Of a DNA stretch of 64,000 bases, positions 1 through 9,458 are shown piece after piece. The stretch spans positions 608,001 through 672,000 of the forward strand of contig CBDFLQ010000005.1 in NCBI GenBank assembly GCA_965249275.1, given 5' to 3'. Position 1 is the stretch's first letter, and each line of letters starts with the position of its first letter. A model generated the notes under the pieces. The model saw nothing but the letters and a program-made list of their open reading frames with translations, did not search any database and had not been told where the DNA came from. A program made the translations under genes and the position numbers. The DNA comes from Dehalococcoidia bacterium (GTDB lineage: Bacteria > Chloroflexota > Dehalococcoidia > Plut-88900).

Positions 1-469
1 CATGGGCCTCCTGGAAGCGCTCCCAGTTGTAGGCGGGGGGGATGTTGTGGGATACCATCTCCCGCCCCGTGCCCCGAACCCATCCGGGGATGAGGCGGCC
101 GTGGGAGATGAGATCGATCATGGCAAGCTGCTCGACCAGCCAGAGGGGATCATCCCAGAGGGGAAGGATGTTGCCGAGGAGGACGATCTTGGCGTTCTTA
201 GTGATGCGGGCGAGGATAGCGGCCTCGACGTTGGTGGCGCCGCCCATGCAGAAGGGGGTGGAGTGGTGCTCGTTGAGCATAAGGCCGTCGAAGCCCGCTT
301 CGTCGGCGTAGATTTTTTCGTCGAGGTAGCGGTTATAGAGGTCTGCGCCGACCTCCGGGTCGTAGATCTCGTTGCTGAGGGTCAGGTCCTTGATGGGCAG
401 GCCGGTAGCCCCGAAATAGCCGGACTTGGGGTCCTGGTAGGGTCTTTCGGTAAAGTGACCTATGAACAT
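1..469 (-). CDS. LLM-class (luciferase-like) flavin-dependent oxidoreductase, truncated at the window edge
   Basis: Not in the ORF track. Manual translation from ATG at 469 gives MFIGHFTERPY...EAGFDGLMLNEHHSTPF...EQLAMIDLISHGRL. AGGAGGA RBS at 474-480. Confidence 0.85.
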   Translation of the reverse strand, partial: MFIGHFTERPYQDPKSGYFGATGLPIKDLTLSNEIYDPEVGADLYNRYLDEKIYADEAGFDGLMLNEHHSTPFCMGGATNVEAAILARITKNAKIVLLGNILPLWDDPLWLVEQLAMIDLISHGRLIPGWVRGTGREMVSHNIPPAYNWERFQEAH

Positions 470-528
470 GGCGTCCTCCTGCCCGCTGCGAGGGTCCCGT
501 GCCGTGGATTATACACGGGGGACCGGGG

Positions 529-1332
529 CTAACTGTCTTTGAAGAAGTCCAGGACCAGCTTAAGGAACTCGTCAGGGGCTTCTATCTCGGGGCGGTGGCC
601 TGAGCCCTCGATAACTACCAGCTCGGAGCCCGGTATGGCCTCTTTGTACGCCTGGCCTGCGCTGACAGGTACTATTGCGTCCTTTGCGCCCCAGACCAGA
701 AGAGTGGGAATGCTTGCGGCGCGGCCCAGGAGGTGGGGAAGGGCGGGATCGTGCATGTAGGGCCGCCAGCTAAGTCGCACCGACTGCTCTCGGGCGACCT
801 CCCAGGCCTCGGCAAGCTCGGGGGACGGGGTGTCGGGGCAGACTGTGCGGAACTCTTCCGTGGCGAAGGTGTCGGCGACGGTTAGCTTGATGTAGTCGGA
901 GGCCGTCTCCATGAACATGTCGAAGATTTCACCCTCCGGGGGTTTGATGCCCGCGGCCCCGACGAGGACCATCTTCTTGAAGTGGTGGGGGCAGAAGGCG
1001 GCTATGGTTGCCGCAAGCCATCCCCCGAGGGACAGGCCGATGACGTTGGCCTCCCGAATCCCCAGGTCGTCGAAGGCCTGAAGGTACCAGTTGGCCATGT
1101 CCCTCATGGTCATTATCCAGTCGAGTCGTGTCGACTTGCCGTATCCGGGGTGGGAGGGGACCGAGACCTCGAAATGCTCAGACAGGGCTTGCTGGTAGCG
1201 GAGCCAGGCGTGCTGTCCCAACTCGTCGTGGAGGATGATGAGGGGAGGGCCCGAGCCGGCCTTGAGGACCTGGAGGTCGGCGCCGGCGACGGGGATGATA
1301 TCTTCGGTGTAGGTGGCTGTGGCTGGAGTCAT
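529..1332 (-). CDS. Alpha/beta-fold hydrolase
   Basis: GLSLGG nucleophile elbow, WGAKDAIV acid and GSGH catalytic His. Confidence 0.85.
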   Translation of the reverse strand: MTPATATYTEDIIPVAGADLQVLKAGSGPPLIILHDELGQHAWLRYQQALSEHFEVSVPSHPGYGKSTRLDWIMTMRDMANWYLQAFDDLGIREANVIGLSLGGWLAATIAAFCPHHFKKMVLVGAAGIKPPEGEIFDMFMETASDYIKLTVADTFATEEFRTVCPDTPSPELAEAWEVAREQSVRLSWRPYMHDPALPHLLGRAASIPTLLVWGAKDAIVPVSAGQAYKEAIPGSELVVIEGSGHRPEIEAPDEFLKLVLDFFKDS

Positions 1333-1383
1333 AGGGCCACTATTGAGGAAGAGGGCGGGGTTGTCAAGAGAAAAGAGGGAGGG

Positions 1384-2304
1384 CTAGTCCCACATGCCGG
1401 TCGAGAAGTATCTTTCGCCGATGTCATTGAAGATGGTGACGATCCGGCCTTGCTTCTCACGCTGGGCCACCTGGCAGGCGCCCTGAAGATAGGCCCCCGA
1501 GGACTGACCCACGAATATACCCCTGGAGGCCAAGAGCCGAGACATGTCGTGGGCGGCGTCTACATCAATCTCGATACGCTCGTCGATGATGGTCTCGTCG
1601 AGGATCTCCGGCACTATGGCCCCTTCGCCGAGGGGCTTCAGGCCCTCTACGCCCCGCCAGTCTCCGGGGACTATGCAGATGACCTTTATGGCCGGATTAT
1701 CCTTTTTGAGCCGCCTGCCGACGCCCGTTATGGTGCCTCCCGTTCCCACGCCCGCTACGAAGTGGGTGATACCGGGGGCCTGGGCCATTATCTCTTCTGC
1801 GGTGCTTTCATAGTGGGCACGCCAGTTGTTGTCGTTCTTGTACTGGTCGCAGAAGAAATAGGCGTCGGGGTTTTCGTCGAAGCGACGGCGGACTTCACGT
1901 AGGCTTTCGTCGTAGCCGAGAAGGGAGTCGGTGAGCACGATGTCGGCGCCATGGGCACGGATGCGCTTCTTACGCTCCTCACTGGCGTTGGCAGGCATTA
2001 CCAGCTGGACTTTGCACCCGAGGATCGCGCCGATCATGGCGTAGGCGATGCCGGCGTTGCCGGAGGTCGAGTCCAGGACCACCTTGTCCCGGGTCAGTTG
2101 GCCGGACATCATGGCCTCAATGAGCATCCTGAGGACGGGCCGGTCTTTTATGGACCCGCCAGGGTTTAGCTGCTCGTATTTGGCCAGGATCTCGGCGCTG
2201 CCGAAGTCTAGCGGAAGGTCCAGTTTGACCATCGGCGTATTGCCGATGGCCTGGAGGGTTGGGTAAGCGGCGAGGAAATCCTGGAAGGCTTTGGGCTGGG
2301 GCAA
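1384..2304 (-). CDS. PLP-dependent cysteine synthase family protein (CysM/CysK-like)
   Basis: IGNTP, NPGGSIKDR (PLP Lys), STSGNAG and GVGTGGT motifs. Confidence 0.9.
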   Translation of the reverse strand: MPQPKAFQDFLAAYPTLQAIGNTPMVKLDLPLDFGSAEILAKYEQLNPGGSIKDRPVLRMLIEAMMSGQLTRDKVVLDSTSGNAGIAYAMIGAILGCKVQLVMPANASEERKKRIRAHGADIVLTDSLLGYDESLREVRRRFDENPDAYFFCDQYKNDNNWRAHYESTAEEIMAQAPGITHFVAGVGTGGTITGVGRRLKKDNPAIKVICIVPGDWRGVEGLKPLGEGAIVPEILDETIIDERIEIDVDAAHDMSRLLASRGIFVGQSSGAYLQGACQVAQREKQGRIVTIFNDIGERYFSTGMWD

Positions 2305-2393
2305 AAGGCCACCTCATTCGGGTTAAGAGTTTACCACCTATTTTACATCGGTAGTGAGAGAGAGCCCCATAGCCTCATGAATTGGATGAGCAC

Positions 2394-2427
2394 AAGAAAG
2401 CCCCGACACTCGATGCCGGGGCTTTCT
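2394..2427 (-). terminator. Intrinsic terminator-like hairpin downstream of the TPR gene
   Basis: agaaagccccg...cggggctttct inverted repeat. Confidence 0.55.
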
Positions 2428-2476
2428 AAAGGTCAAACTACAGAGGAGGAGAGATGTGGAGGAAGGTGTAGACGGA

Positions 2477-3358
2477 CTACTCCTCGTCTTCCTCTTCATC
2501 CAGAGAGTCTTTTTGATCGTCTAAGATACGGATGCCGTGGGGAACAGTGGCGTCCAGGGGGTCTTCGTCGGGCCCCTCGTAGTCCTTGTTCCAGGCCTGA
2601 TGGCTCTCCAGATCGTCGTCGTCCTTCTGCCAATCCGGTGAGGCCTCTGACTCATGAAGCAGCCCGGCCCTGCTCTTGAAATAAGGCCGGAAGCCGTCCG
2701 CCGACTTCGAAGGGAAGGACCTCTTACCCACCTGGTCCGGGGCCACGAGGGTTTCCCGGAGCATCACCTTCACATGGCCTTCTCTTGCGCTGGTTATGGC
2801 CCCCTGATACTTGTTGCCCCCCCTGACCAGTTCCGACAACCGGAAGGCAAGCTTCGGCTCCACCTGCCCGATATAGTCACCGTTAAGGGTATCCACGGAT
2901 AGCTTCCCGTCCTGAATCCGCAGCTCGACCGATTGCCCGCTCACGAGCCGTTTCAGCGTCTCGGGGTCGCCCAGTTTTACGAGGTCCGTCACGCTGGACT
3001 TGCCCGTATCTTCAATGAACTGCTGAGGGGACATCTCCGCCGTGACAGCCTGGCACACCGGTCCATCCTCCGACAGGCCCTCCAGCTTTTCGAGGTTCTT
3101 GCGGGCGATGCCATTGGCCGGGTCGAGTCTAAGGGTCTCGGCGAAAGCGTCCCGGGCCCCGGAATAGCGGCCGAGTTGTACCAGGGCCTTGGCCATCCGG
3201 TTCCACGCGGCACAGTCGGCAGGATCGCGTTCGAGGATCTGGCGGTTCAGGTCAAGGGCGTCGGTCCATCGGCCCTTGGTAGCCATTTCTATGGCGCTAC
3301 GTGCCAGGGCGGCGGGGCCGGTGCGGGCGATTAGGGTATTACCAGATGTTGTTCGCAT
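2477..3358 (-). CDS. Tetratricopeptide-repeat protein with a possible HIRAN-like domain and acidic tail
   Basis: N-terminal TPR pattern (AWNRMAKALVQLGRYSGARDAFAETLRLDPAN), a YIGQVEPKLA segment and a D/E-rich C-terminus. Confidence 0.75.
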   Translation of the reverse strand: MRTTSGNTLIARTGPAALARSAIEMATKGRWTDALDLNRQILERDPADCAAWNRMAKALVQLGRYSGARDAFAETLRLDPANGIARKNLEKLEGLSEDGPVCQAVTAEMSPQQFIEDTGKSSVTDLVKLGDPETLKRLVSGQSVELRIQDGKLSVDTLNGDYIGQVEPKLAFRLSELVRGGNKYQGAITSAREGHVKVMLRETLVAPDQVGKRSFPSKSADGFRPYFKSRAGLLHESEASPDWQKDDDDLESHQAWNKDYEGPDEDPLDATVPHGIRILDDQKDSLDEEEDEE

Positions 3359-3439
3359 GGTTATCCAGTGTGGGAATCAAGATTTGTGAACCGGGGACTC
3401 GGGAACCGGGCATCCGGCGCTGAGCGCCGGGCAGGAATT

Positions 3440-3835
3440 CTACGGAACCAAATTCCGGTGCTCTACGAGCATGCAGCGATCCATTACGACTCCCAGACCC
3501 GCCTCCCGGGCCTTAGCGGCAGCATCTTCGTTAACAATGCCAAGCTGCATCCACACGGCCTTAGCGCCAATGTCGATGGCTTGATCGACAACGGGGGGCA
3601 CATCATCCGACCTGCGGAAGATGTCAACTACGTCGACCTTCTCGGGGATGGAAGCGAGGTCGGGGTAAGACTTTTCGCCGAGGATGGTGTCGGCCCTGGG
3701 ATTGACGGGCACGATGCGATATCCCTGGTCCTGCAGGTATTTTGCCACTTCGTGGCTATCCCTCTCCGGCTTGGGAGAGAGGCCCACAACGGCTATGACT
3801 TTGCTCTTTTCGAGTATGTCTCGAACGGTATTCAT
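3440..3835 (-). CDS. CoA-binding protein (YccU-like)
   Basis: IAVVGLSPKPERDS, VPVNP, VDIFRR, VWMQLG and DRC motifs. Confidence 0.9.
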   Translation of the reverse strand: MNTVRDILEKSKVIAVVGLSPKPERDSHEVAKYLQDQGYRIVPVNPRADTILGEKSYPDLASIPEKVDVVDIFRRSDDVPPVVDQAIDIGAKAVWMQLGIVNEDAAAKAREAGLGVVMDRCMLVEHRNLVP

Positions 3836-4055
3836 GAGGGTTCACTCAAGGTAGGGGCAATTTTGCAAACAAATTCCAGACAGCGCAAGGGGTTTTTGGC
3901 GCAACTTTTTGGAATTCTTTCCACATCCCACTCCATACCACGGGGAATAGGCTATGGACGATTGCTCTCGCCGACCGGCCATAACCTAGCTTCTAAGAGG
4001 GGATTGGAGGGATGGAATGCGGCTCCAGGGCTGGATTGATGGAGCGATCAGGTTG

Positions 4056-4793
4056 TCACCGGGTGCGATAGCGTCCGCGGAGAGCATTTAATCTAATTGC
4101 CGTCAGGTCGGAGAGCATGTGGAGAGTGTCCCTGATTGGACGCACCTTGCTGCCGATACGGTAATGCCAGTCTATGGGGACTTCCACTACCGGGATACCG
4201 GTGCGTCGGGCTAAGTAGAGCACTTCTACGTCGGATCCGAAACCGTCCAGCAGTTGCACATTGAACAGAGTGTGGGCCCGAGTCCCGGCGAAGCACTTAA
4301 AGCCGCATTGGGTGTCAGTGAAACCGGCGCCTCCCAGCCTGACGAGAAGATTGAAGGCTTTGCCCATTAGCTTACGCAAGGGTGGCTCGCCGAGTCTGCG
4401 GGCCCCGGGGGCCGACCGTGAGCCGATGGCTATGCCGGGTCCGATGAATTCGGGAGGGAGGAAGCGCGACAGCTGCTCTATTGGCATGGATAGGTCGGCG
4501 TCGCATTGAAAGCGATACTCTCCGGCGGCGGCCTGTATCCCCACACGGACGGCGTGGCCCTTGCCGCGATGAGGCTGAGATATCAGGCGAACACCCTGGA
4601 TTCGGGAGGAAGCGTCCGTCACGAGGCGTGCGGTGGAGTCGGAGCTGCCATCGTCAACGACGATCACCTCCCAGGAGTAGGTCTGCCGGGCCAGCCAGGT
4701 TGTGATTTTAGAGAGGGAGCCACCGATCCGGGCCTCTTCGTTGAAGGCCGGGACGATGACGGAGAGGAGAGGGACGCTTTCAGGGAAGGCTAT
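4056..4793 (-). CDS. Glycosyltransferase family 2 (dolichyl-phosphate glucosyltransferase-like); start probably non-canonical
   Basis: The frame is open upstream of the tracked start and encodes [14 protein letters not shown]. Also VVDDGS, GKGHAV, DADLS and DTQCGFK motifs. Confidence 0.8.
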   Translation of the reverse strand: MAFPESVPLLSVIVPAFNEEARIGGSLSKITTWLARQTYSWEVIVVDDGSSDSTARLVTDASSRIQGVRLISQPHRGKGHAVRVGIQAAAGEYRFQCDADLSMPIEQLSRFLPPEFIGPGIAIGSRSAPGARRLGEPPLRKLMGKAFNLLVRLGGAGFTDTQCGFKCFAGTRAHTLFNVQLLDGFGSDVEVLYLARRTGIPVVEVPIDWHYRIGSKVRPIRDTLHMLSDLTAIRLNALRGRYRTR

Positions 4794-6013
4794 AGCTCCG
4801 CCCCTTCCACGTAGAAGGCGTCGTAGAGGACTTGGACGGCCTTCGTGACGTTGGCTCGGTCGACAATGCAGGTGATACGGATTTCGGAGGTGGTGATCAT
4901 CTGGATGTTTATTCCGGCCCGATGGAGGGCGGTAAACATCCGGGCGGCATAGCCGGGCGCGTCCTGCATTCCGTTGCCGACGATACTTACCTTGCCCAGT
5001 TCAGCGTTGGCGACGATACCCTGTCCCCCGAGCTTCTCAGCGACGGGGCGGACGATCTCCTGGGATGCGGCGAGGTCTCGCCGCGAAACGGTGAAGGTGA
5101 GGTCGGTGATGTTGTCCGCACCGGCGTTCTGGACAATGGTGTCGACACTGATGCCGGCGCGGGCGAGGGGCTCGAATAGGGAGGCGGCGATGCCGGGACG
5201 GTCGGGTATGCCCATGACCGTGATCTTTGCAGTGTCGAGGTCATGGGCTATTCCGCTCAGTCTGTTTCTTGATTCCATGGGCTCGCCTCCGTGGATCAGT
5301 GTGCCCTGCTCGCTGCTGAAGCTGGAAGCGACCAGGATAGGTATGCCGTAGAATGCCCCGAGCTCCACCGACCGGGGGTGGAGCACGCCGGCGCCGTAGC
5401 TAGCCAGCTCGAGCATCTCCTCGAAGCTAAGGTCCACCAGTTTGTGGGCGCTTGGGACGACGCGCGGGTCGGCGGTGAAGACGCCGGGTACGTCGGTGTA
5501 TATTTCGCAGCGCTCGGCCTTGAGGGCGGCTGCGAGGGCGACGGCGGTGGTGTCGGAGCCGCCGCGGCCGAGGGTGGTAGTCTCCATGTCGGTAGTCATG
5601 CCCTGAAAACCGGCGACGATGACGATATTGCCCTTCTCCAACTCGCCGAGGACCCGGCGGGTCTCCACCTGCTCAATGCGGGCGCGGCTGTGGGAAGCGT
5701 CGGTCTGGATGCCGGCCTGGGCGCCGCTGAGGCTGATGGCCTTGGCCCCGAGCTCCCGGAGGGCCATGGCAAGAAGGGTGCAAGATACGATCTCGCCGGT
5801 GGACAGGAGGAAGTCGAGCTCACGGGGGCTGGGCTCGGGGGCGATCTCGTGAGCGAGCTCTATGAGCCGGTCGGTGGTGTTGCCCATAGCCGACACCACG
5901 GATACGACTTGATTGCCGGCATCGGCGGCGGCGGCGATGCGCTTGGCGACGTTGATGATACGGGTGGAGTCGGCGACGGATGTGCCACCGTATTTCTGTA
6001 CCAGGAGGGCCAT
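4790..6013 (-). CDS. lysC: Aspartate kinase
   Basis: [27 protein letters not shown] and two C-terminal ACT domains. Confidence 0.95.
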   Translation of the reverse strand: MALLVQKYGGTSVADSTRIINVAKRIAAAADAGNQVVSVVSAMGNTTDRLIELAHEIAPEPSPRELDFLLSTGEIVSCTLLAMALRELGAKAISLSGAQAGIQTDASHSRARIEQVETRRVLGELEKGNIVIVAGFQGMTTDMETTTLGRGGSDTTAVALAAALKAERCEIYTDVPGVFTADPRVVPSAHKLVDLSFEEMLELASYGAGVLHPRSVELGAFYGIPILVASSFSSEQGTLIHGGEPMESRNRLSGIAHDLDTAKITVMGIPDRPGIAASLFEPLARAGISVDTIVQNAGADNITDLTFTVSRRDLAASQEIVRPVAEKLGGQGIVANAELGKVSIVGNGMQDAPGYAARMFTALHRAGINIQMITTSEIRITCIVDRANVTKAVQVLYDAFYVEGAEL

Positions 6014-6016
6014 GGC

Positions 6017-6940
6017 CTAGGCCTCTCCTTCGGGCACTACGGAAACTCCGGCGGCGGATGGCCGGGTGATGCGAGTGGATGCGCTTACGCCCTGGCGAAC
6101 GGCCTCCTGAAGCATAGCCTCGGCGATGGTGTCCGGTCGGGATTCTGCGAGGGCCAGGATGGTGGAGCCGCTGCCAGACAAGAAAACGCCACGGGCCCCG
6201 GCCTCCATCGCGGCGTCGAAGATGCCGGTCATGGGTGGGAACAGAGGAGCCCGGTAGGGCTGGTGGAGCACGTCCTGGGTGGCGAGGGCGAGGTATTTCG
6301 CGTCGCCGCGGCTGAGGGCAAGGGCCAGCAGAGCGGCGCGTCCGATATTGTGGACCGCGTCCTGCATGGGTATTTGCTTGGGCATGACGGCGCGGGCCTT
6401 GTCGGTGGGGATTTCAACGTCGGGGACCAGGAGGACGGCGCTAAGGCCTTCGTCGACGGGACAGGGAACGGATATGAGCCGGTCACCTTGCCGTATGACG
6501 ATTTGACAGCCGCCGAAAAGGGCGGGGGCAACGTTGTCGGGATGGCCCTCTATGGCGTCGGCGAGACGGAGCAGCTCTTCCAAGGGCAGCGGCCCGCCGA
6601 GGAGCAGATTGGCGGCGACCATGCCTCCGGCGATAGCTGCGGCGCTACTGCCGAGTCCCCTGCGCAGGGGAATTTCGTTGTGGCAGGCGACGGCCAAGGG
6701 CGGGAGTTCGGCGTCGGCTGCGTTGTAGACGGCCGCCACGCCTCGATACACCATGTTATCGGGGCCCGTACTCAACTCCACGGCGCCGTTGCCGCTAATA
6801 CGGATGGAGAATTGGTCCGACCGTTCGATGGATATGGTGTTGAAGACTTCCAGGGCCATGCCCAGGGAGTCGAACCCCGGGCCCATGTTAGCCGTGGTGG
6901 CAGGGGCCCGGACCGTTATCTTGTTCAGTGACGCACCCAT
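6017..6940 (-). CDS. thrB: Homoserine kinase
   Basis: APATTANMGPGFD, IPLRRGLGSSAAA, EGHPDN and LSGSG GHMP motifs. Start placed at ATG 6940. Confidence 0.93.
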   Translation of the reverse strand: MGASLNKITVRAPATTANMGPGFDSLGMALEVFNTISIERSDQFSIRISGNGAVELSTGPDNMVYRGVAAVYNAADAELPPLAVACHNEIPLRRGLGSSAAAIAGGMVAANLLLGGPLPLEELLRLADAIEGHPDNVAPALFGGCQIVIRQGDRLISVPCPVDEGLSAVLLVPDVEIPTDKARAVMPKQIPMQDAVHNIGRAALLALALSRGDAKYLALATQDVLHQPYRAPLFPPMTGIFDAAMEAGARGVFLSGSGSTILALAESRPDTIAEAMLQEAVRQGVSASTRITRPSAAGVSVVPEGEA

Positions 6941-7069
6941 TTCAGTGGGGTATTTTAACCCATCCCCTGTGCCGTGGAAGAGGAGACATGTAGTTGATAG
7001 TGCGGATACTGTGGCATGTGCTTTACTCAAGCTGGGGGCAGAGGCATTTGATCCCGTTCACATAGAGGG

Positions 7070-7750
7070 GTGACATAACCCTCTTGACATTATAAGACGT
7101 ATGTTCTATTATTGGGCCAGTCTAGACCCGATACCCACCTTAAGGAGGAACTAAAAACTAGGGAAGCCCACCTGGCCCACCCGAGGACTCAACGTCCAAG
7201 CCCATCCCAAAGGACGGCCCACACGCCGCCCCACGGCACAAGCGAACGCCGCCATCTCCTCATCCCCACCGGGTCCCGTGCCCCCTTCCCTGACCACAAG
7301 GCGATGGAAGACGCCCTGGACCGTACTTGAAAGTCTCCTCACGGAGCAACCTTGTCCTATGGAGCGGAACGGGGCAGCCCGTAGCCGAGGACCGCTCGGC
7401 TCTCCGTCCGCTTCCTCAAATAAAACTGGACTGCCCGCCACTCCCGGCTCCTGGATACAGGCGGCGAACCGGATACCCCGTACTCCTGCGAGGGGAACTG
7501 ACCCTGGACTTTCCCCTTCCTGCATGTCTCGCAGCGCAGCCAACCCTTATTGGAGCCTATGACGGATGACGGACCCGTACGTCCGACCATACTTCCAGGT
7601 CTAGGCGGCGGCGGAGCCCCGTCCCCACGTTCCTGGGACGCCTCCAAGCCCGCATTATCTAAAAATAGGGAGCCGAATCCAGCAAGCGTCTTCCATCGTC
7701 AACCCAAAACCCAACAGACAGAACGCAAACCCAAACCCCACAACTGAAGA
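7070..7750 (+). ncRNA. Putative large ncRNA element, copy A of a three-copy family
   Basis: Promoter 7084-7112 and a leader homologous to copies B and C. Helix 7300-7314/7686-7700 encloses a 371-nt structured segment, followed by a C/A-rich tail. No conserved ORF. Confidence 0.7.
7084..7112 (+). promoter_or_regulatory. Sigma70-type promoter with LexA-box-like site (copy A)
   Basis: TTGACA-N17-TATTAT, with AGAC-GTAT-GTTC at 7095-7106. Confidence 0.65.
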
Positions 7751-7791
7751 AAAGGCCGGTGTGTCACTAACCTACCGAACGAGTACAGCAT

Positions 7792-7820
7792 TTGGACGGA
7801 AGCCACTAGACCGGTATAAT
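7792..7820 (+). promoter_or_regulatory. Promoter of tRNA-Pro
   Basis: TTGGAC-N17-TATAAT ending 22 nt upstream of the tRNA. Confidence 0.6.
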
Positions 7821-7842
7821 GGCCCAGTATCCTCCCTTAGCT

Positions 7843-7919
7843 CGGGGCGTGGCGCAGTCCGGTAGCGCGCATCGTTCGGGACGATGAGGTCCCGGGTTCG
7901 AATCCCGGCGCCCCGACCA
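7843..7919 (+). tRNA. tRNA-Pro (anticodon CGG)
   Basis: Acceptor stem CGGGGCG/CGCCCCG, anticodon arm CATCG-TTCGGGA-CGATG, GGTTCGAATCC T-arm and encoded CCA. Confidence 0.97.
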
Positions 7920-7976
7920 TCCAACTCCTCCCTGTTCCCGGTGGCAGATCCTTTTGGTGCGAAAGGACGAGAGTCG

Positions 7977-9371
7977 ATGGACGAGCTGTTTTATTGGTCC
8001 GCCCAGGCCATGGCCGATGCATTGCATAGGCGAGAGGTCTCGTCTAAAGAGCTGACCGAGGCCCACCTCGCCCGCATAGACGAGGTGAACCCCCTGCTCA
8101 ACGCCGTGGTGCTGGTAGATGCGGAGGGGGCGTTGGCAACGGCTGATGAGCGTGACCGGGAGTCGGCGCGAGGCGAGAGCAGGGGCCCTCTGCATGGCCT
8201 GCCCATCACCATCAAAGACTCGCTGGACACGGTTGGGCTGGTCACGGCGGCCGGGACGGAGGGCAGGTCTGGATTCGTGCCTGATGAGGACGCTACTGTG
8301 GTTGCTCGGCTGAAGGGCACCGGGGCGGTGCTCCTTGGCAAGAGTAACACCCCGGAGATGACCATGATGTGGGAAACCTACAACATGGTCTACGGGCGCA
8401 CGAACAACCCCTACGACCTGTCGAGAAGCCCCAGCGGGAGCAGTGGAGGAGCGGCGGCCATAATCGCAGCGGGGGGATCGCCCCTGGACATGGGCACGGA
8501 CAGCGCGGGCAGCATCCGGATGCCCGCCCACTACTGTGGCATCGCCGGGTTGAAGCCGACCCAGGGGCGGGTGTCCCGGGCAGGTCACGTTCCGCCGCAT
8601 GGGACGGGGGCCGTAGGGCCGCTGAACCAGGTCGGTCCCATGGCACGGTACGTCGACGACCTGTGGCTTGCTCTGCCGGTGATATCGGGAGTCGATGGAC
8701 GAGACCCGGCAATAGTACCGATGCCGCTAAGTGGACCCGACTCAGTGTCGCTGCACGGAATGCGATGCGTGTACTTCACGGGGATCGGAGACGTGCAGCC
8801 GGACAAGGCGACGACGAAATCCGTGGAAAACGCGGCGGCTGTCCTAAGGGAGTCGGGGGTGGACGTTCGAGAGGGTGTGGTCCCGGGCATGGCGAAAGTG
8901 AACGCCCTGTGCGACCGCCTTAGCTCCGCCGACGGTTACTCGTGGCTGCGCCGTCAGCTTGATGCGGCGGGGACGGTGAACGTGGACCCGGTGCTGGTGG
9001 AGCGCATGGGGAAGGCCAAGCCGATTTCTTCGGCGGAGTTGATGGCCTTGCTGGAGGAGATGGACCAGGTCCGGGGAGAAATGCTCGCCTTCATGGATGA
9101 CTATGACCTGGTACTTTCGCCGACGGGCTCCGCTCCGGCCCTGCCTCACGGCGAGGCCAACAGAGATGATTACCCGGACGCCGTCTACACCAGGCCTTAC
9201 AACCTGACGGGATGGCCGGGCTGCGTGGTAAGAGCAGGGGCCTCGCCGGAGGGACTGCCCATCGGGGTGCAGTTGGGTGCGTTGCCTTGGCGCGAGGACA
9301 TCGTTCTGGCTGCCGCAGGGGCCATAGAGTCCGGGCTTGGGGGCTGGCAGCCTCCGGCGCTGCCCCTCTGA
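7977..9371 (+). CDS. Amidase signature family protein
   Basis: GPLHGLPITIKD, GSSGGAAA and GTDSAGSIRMPA. Start at ATG 7977 because the longer ORF overlaps the tRNA. Confidence 0.92.
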   Translation: MDELFYWSAQAMADALHRREVSSKELTEAHLARIDEVNPLLNAVVLVDAEGALATADERDRESARGESRGPLHGLPITIKDSLDTVGLVTAAGTEGRSGFVPDEDATVVARLKGTGAVLLGKSNTPEMTMMWETYNMVYGRTNNPYDLSRSPSGSSGGAAAIIAAGGSPLDMGTDSAGSIRMPAHYCGIAGLKPTQGRVSRAGHVPPHGTGAVGPLNQVGPMARYVDDLWLALPVISGVDGRDPAIVPMPLSGPDSVSLHGMRCVYFTGIGDVQPDKATTKSVENAAAVLRESGVDVREGVVPGMAKVNALCDRLSSADGYSWLRRQLDAAGTVNVDPVLVERMGKAKPISSAELMALLEEMDQVRGEMLAFMDDYDLVLSPTGSAPALPHGEANRDDYPDAVYTRPYNLTGWPGCVVRAGASPEGLPIGVQLGALPWREDIVLAAAGAIESGLGGWQPPALPL

Positions 9372-9458
9372 ATCGCATTTGGGAATCGGGTACTATTCGT
9401 TAACGCGGGTTTCGGGAGGGGCATAGACCTCATCCAGTTCTGTAGAAGGGGGTTTGAC

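Noticed and set aside
5291-6931. Long antisense ORFs (also 17964-19172, 20756-22282, 42319-43764)
   Set aside because: These are shadow frames of well-supported opposite-strand genes in GC-rich DNA and have no recognisable motifs.
7070-7300. T-box or lysine riboswitch for thrB-lysC
   Set aside because: The promoter points away from thrB, consensus motifs are absent, and homologues occur beside unrelated genes.
7112-7747. Small ORFs in the elements (7112-7330, 7550-7747, 35997-36551, 57546-57815) as peptides or type I toxins
   Set aside because: Starts and frames are not conserved between copies, the products are Pro/Arg-rich with no hydrophobic helix, and the shared ATGGAAG gives 8, 184 and 10 aa products.
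7843-7919. Integrative element at tRNA-Pro
   Set aside because: No integrase and no duplicated tRNA 3' end was seen in the window.
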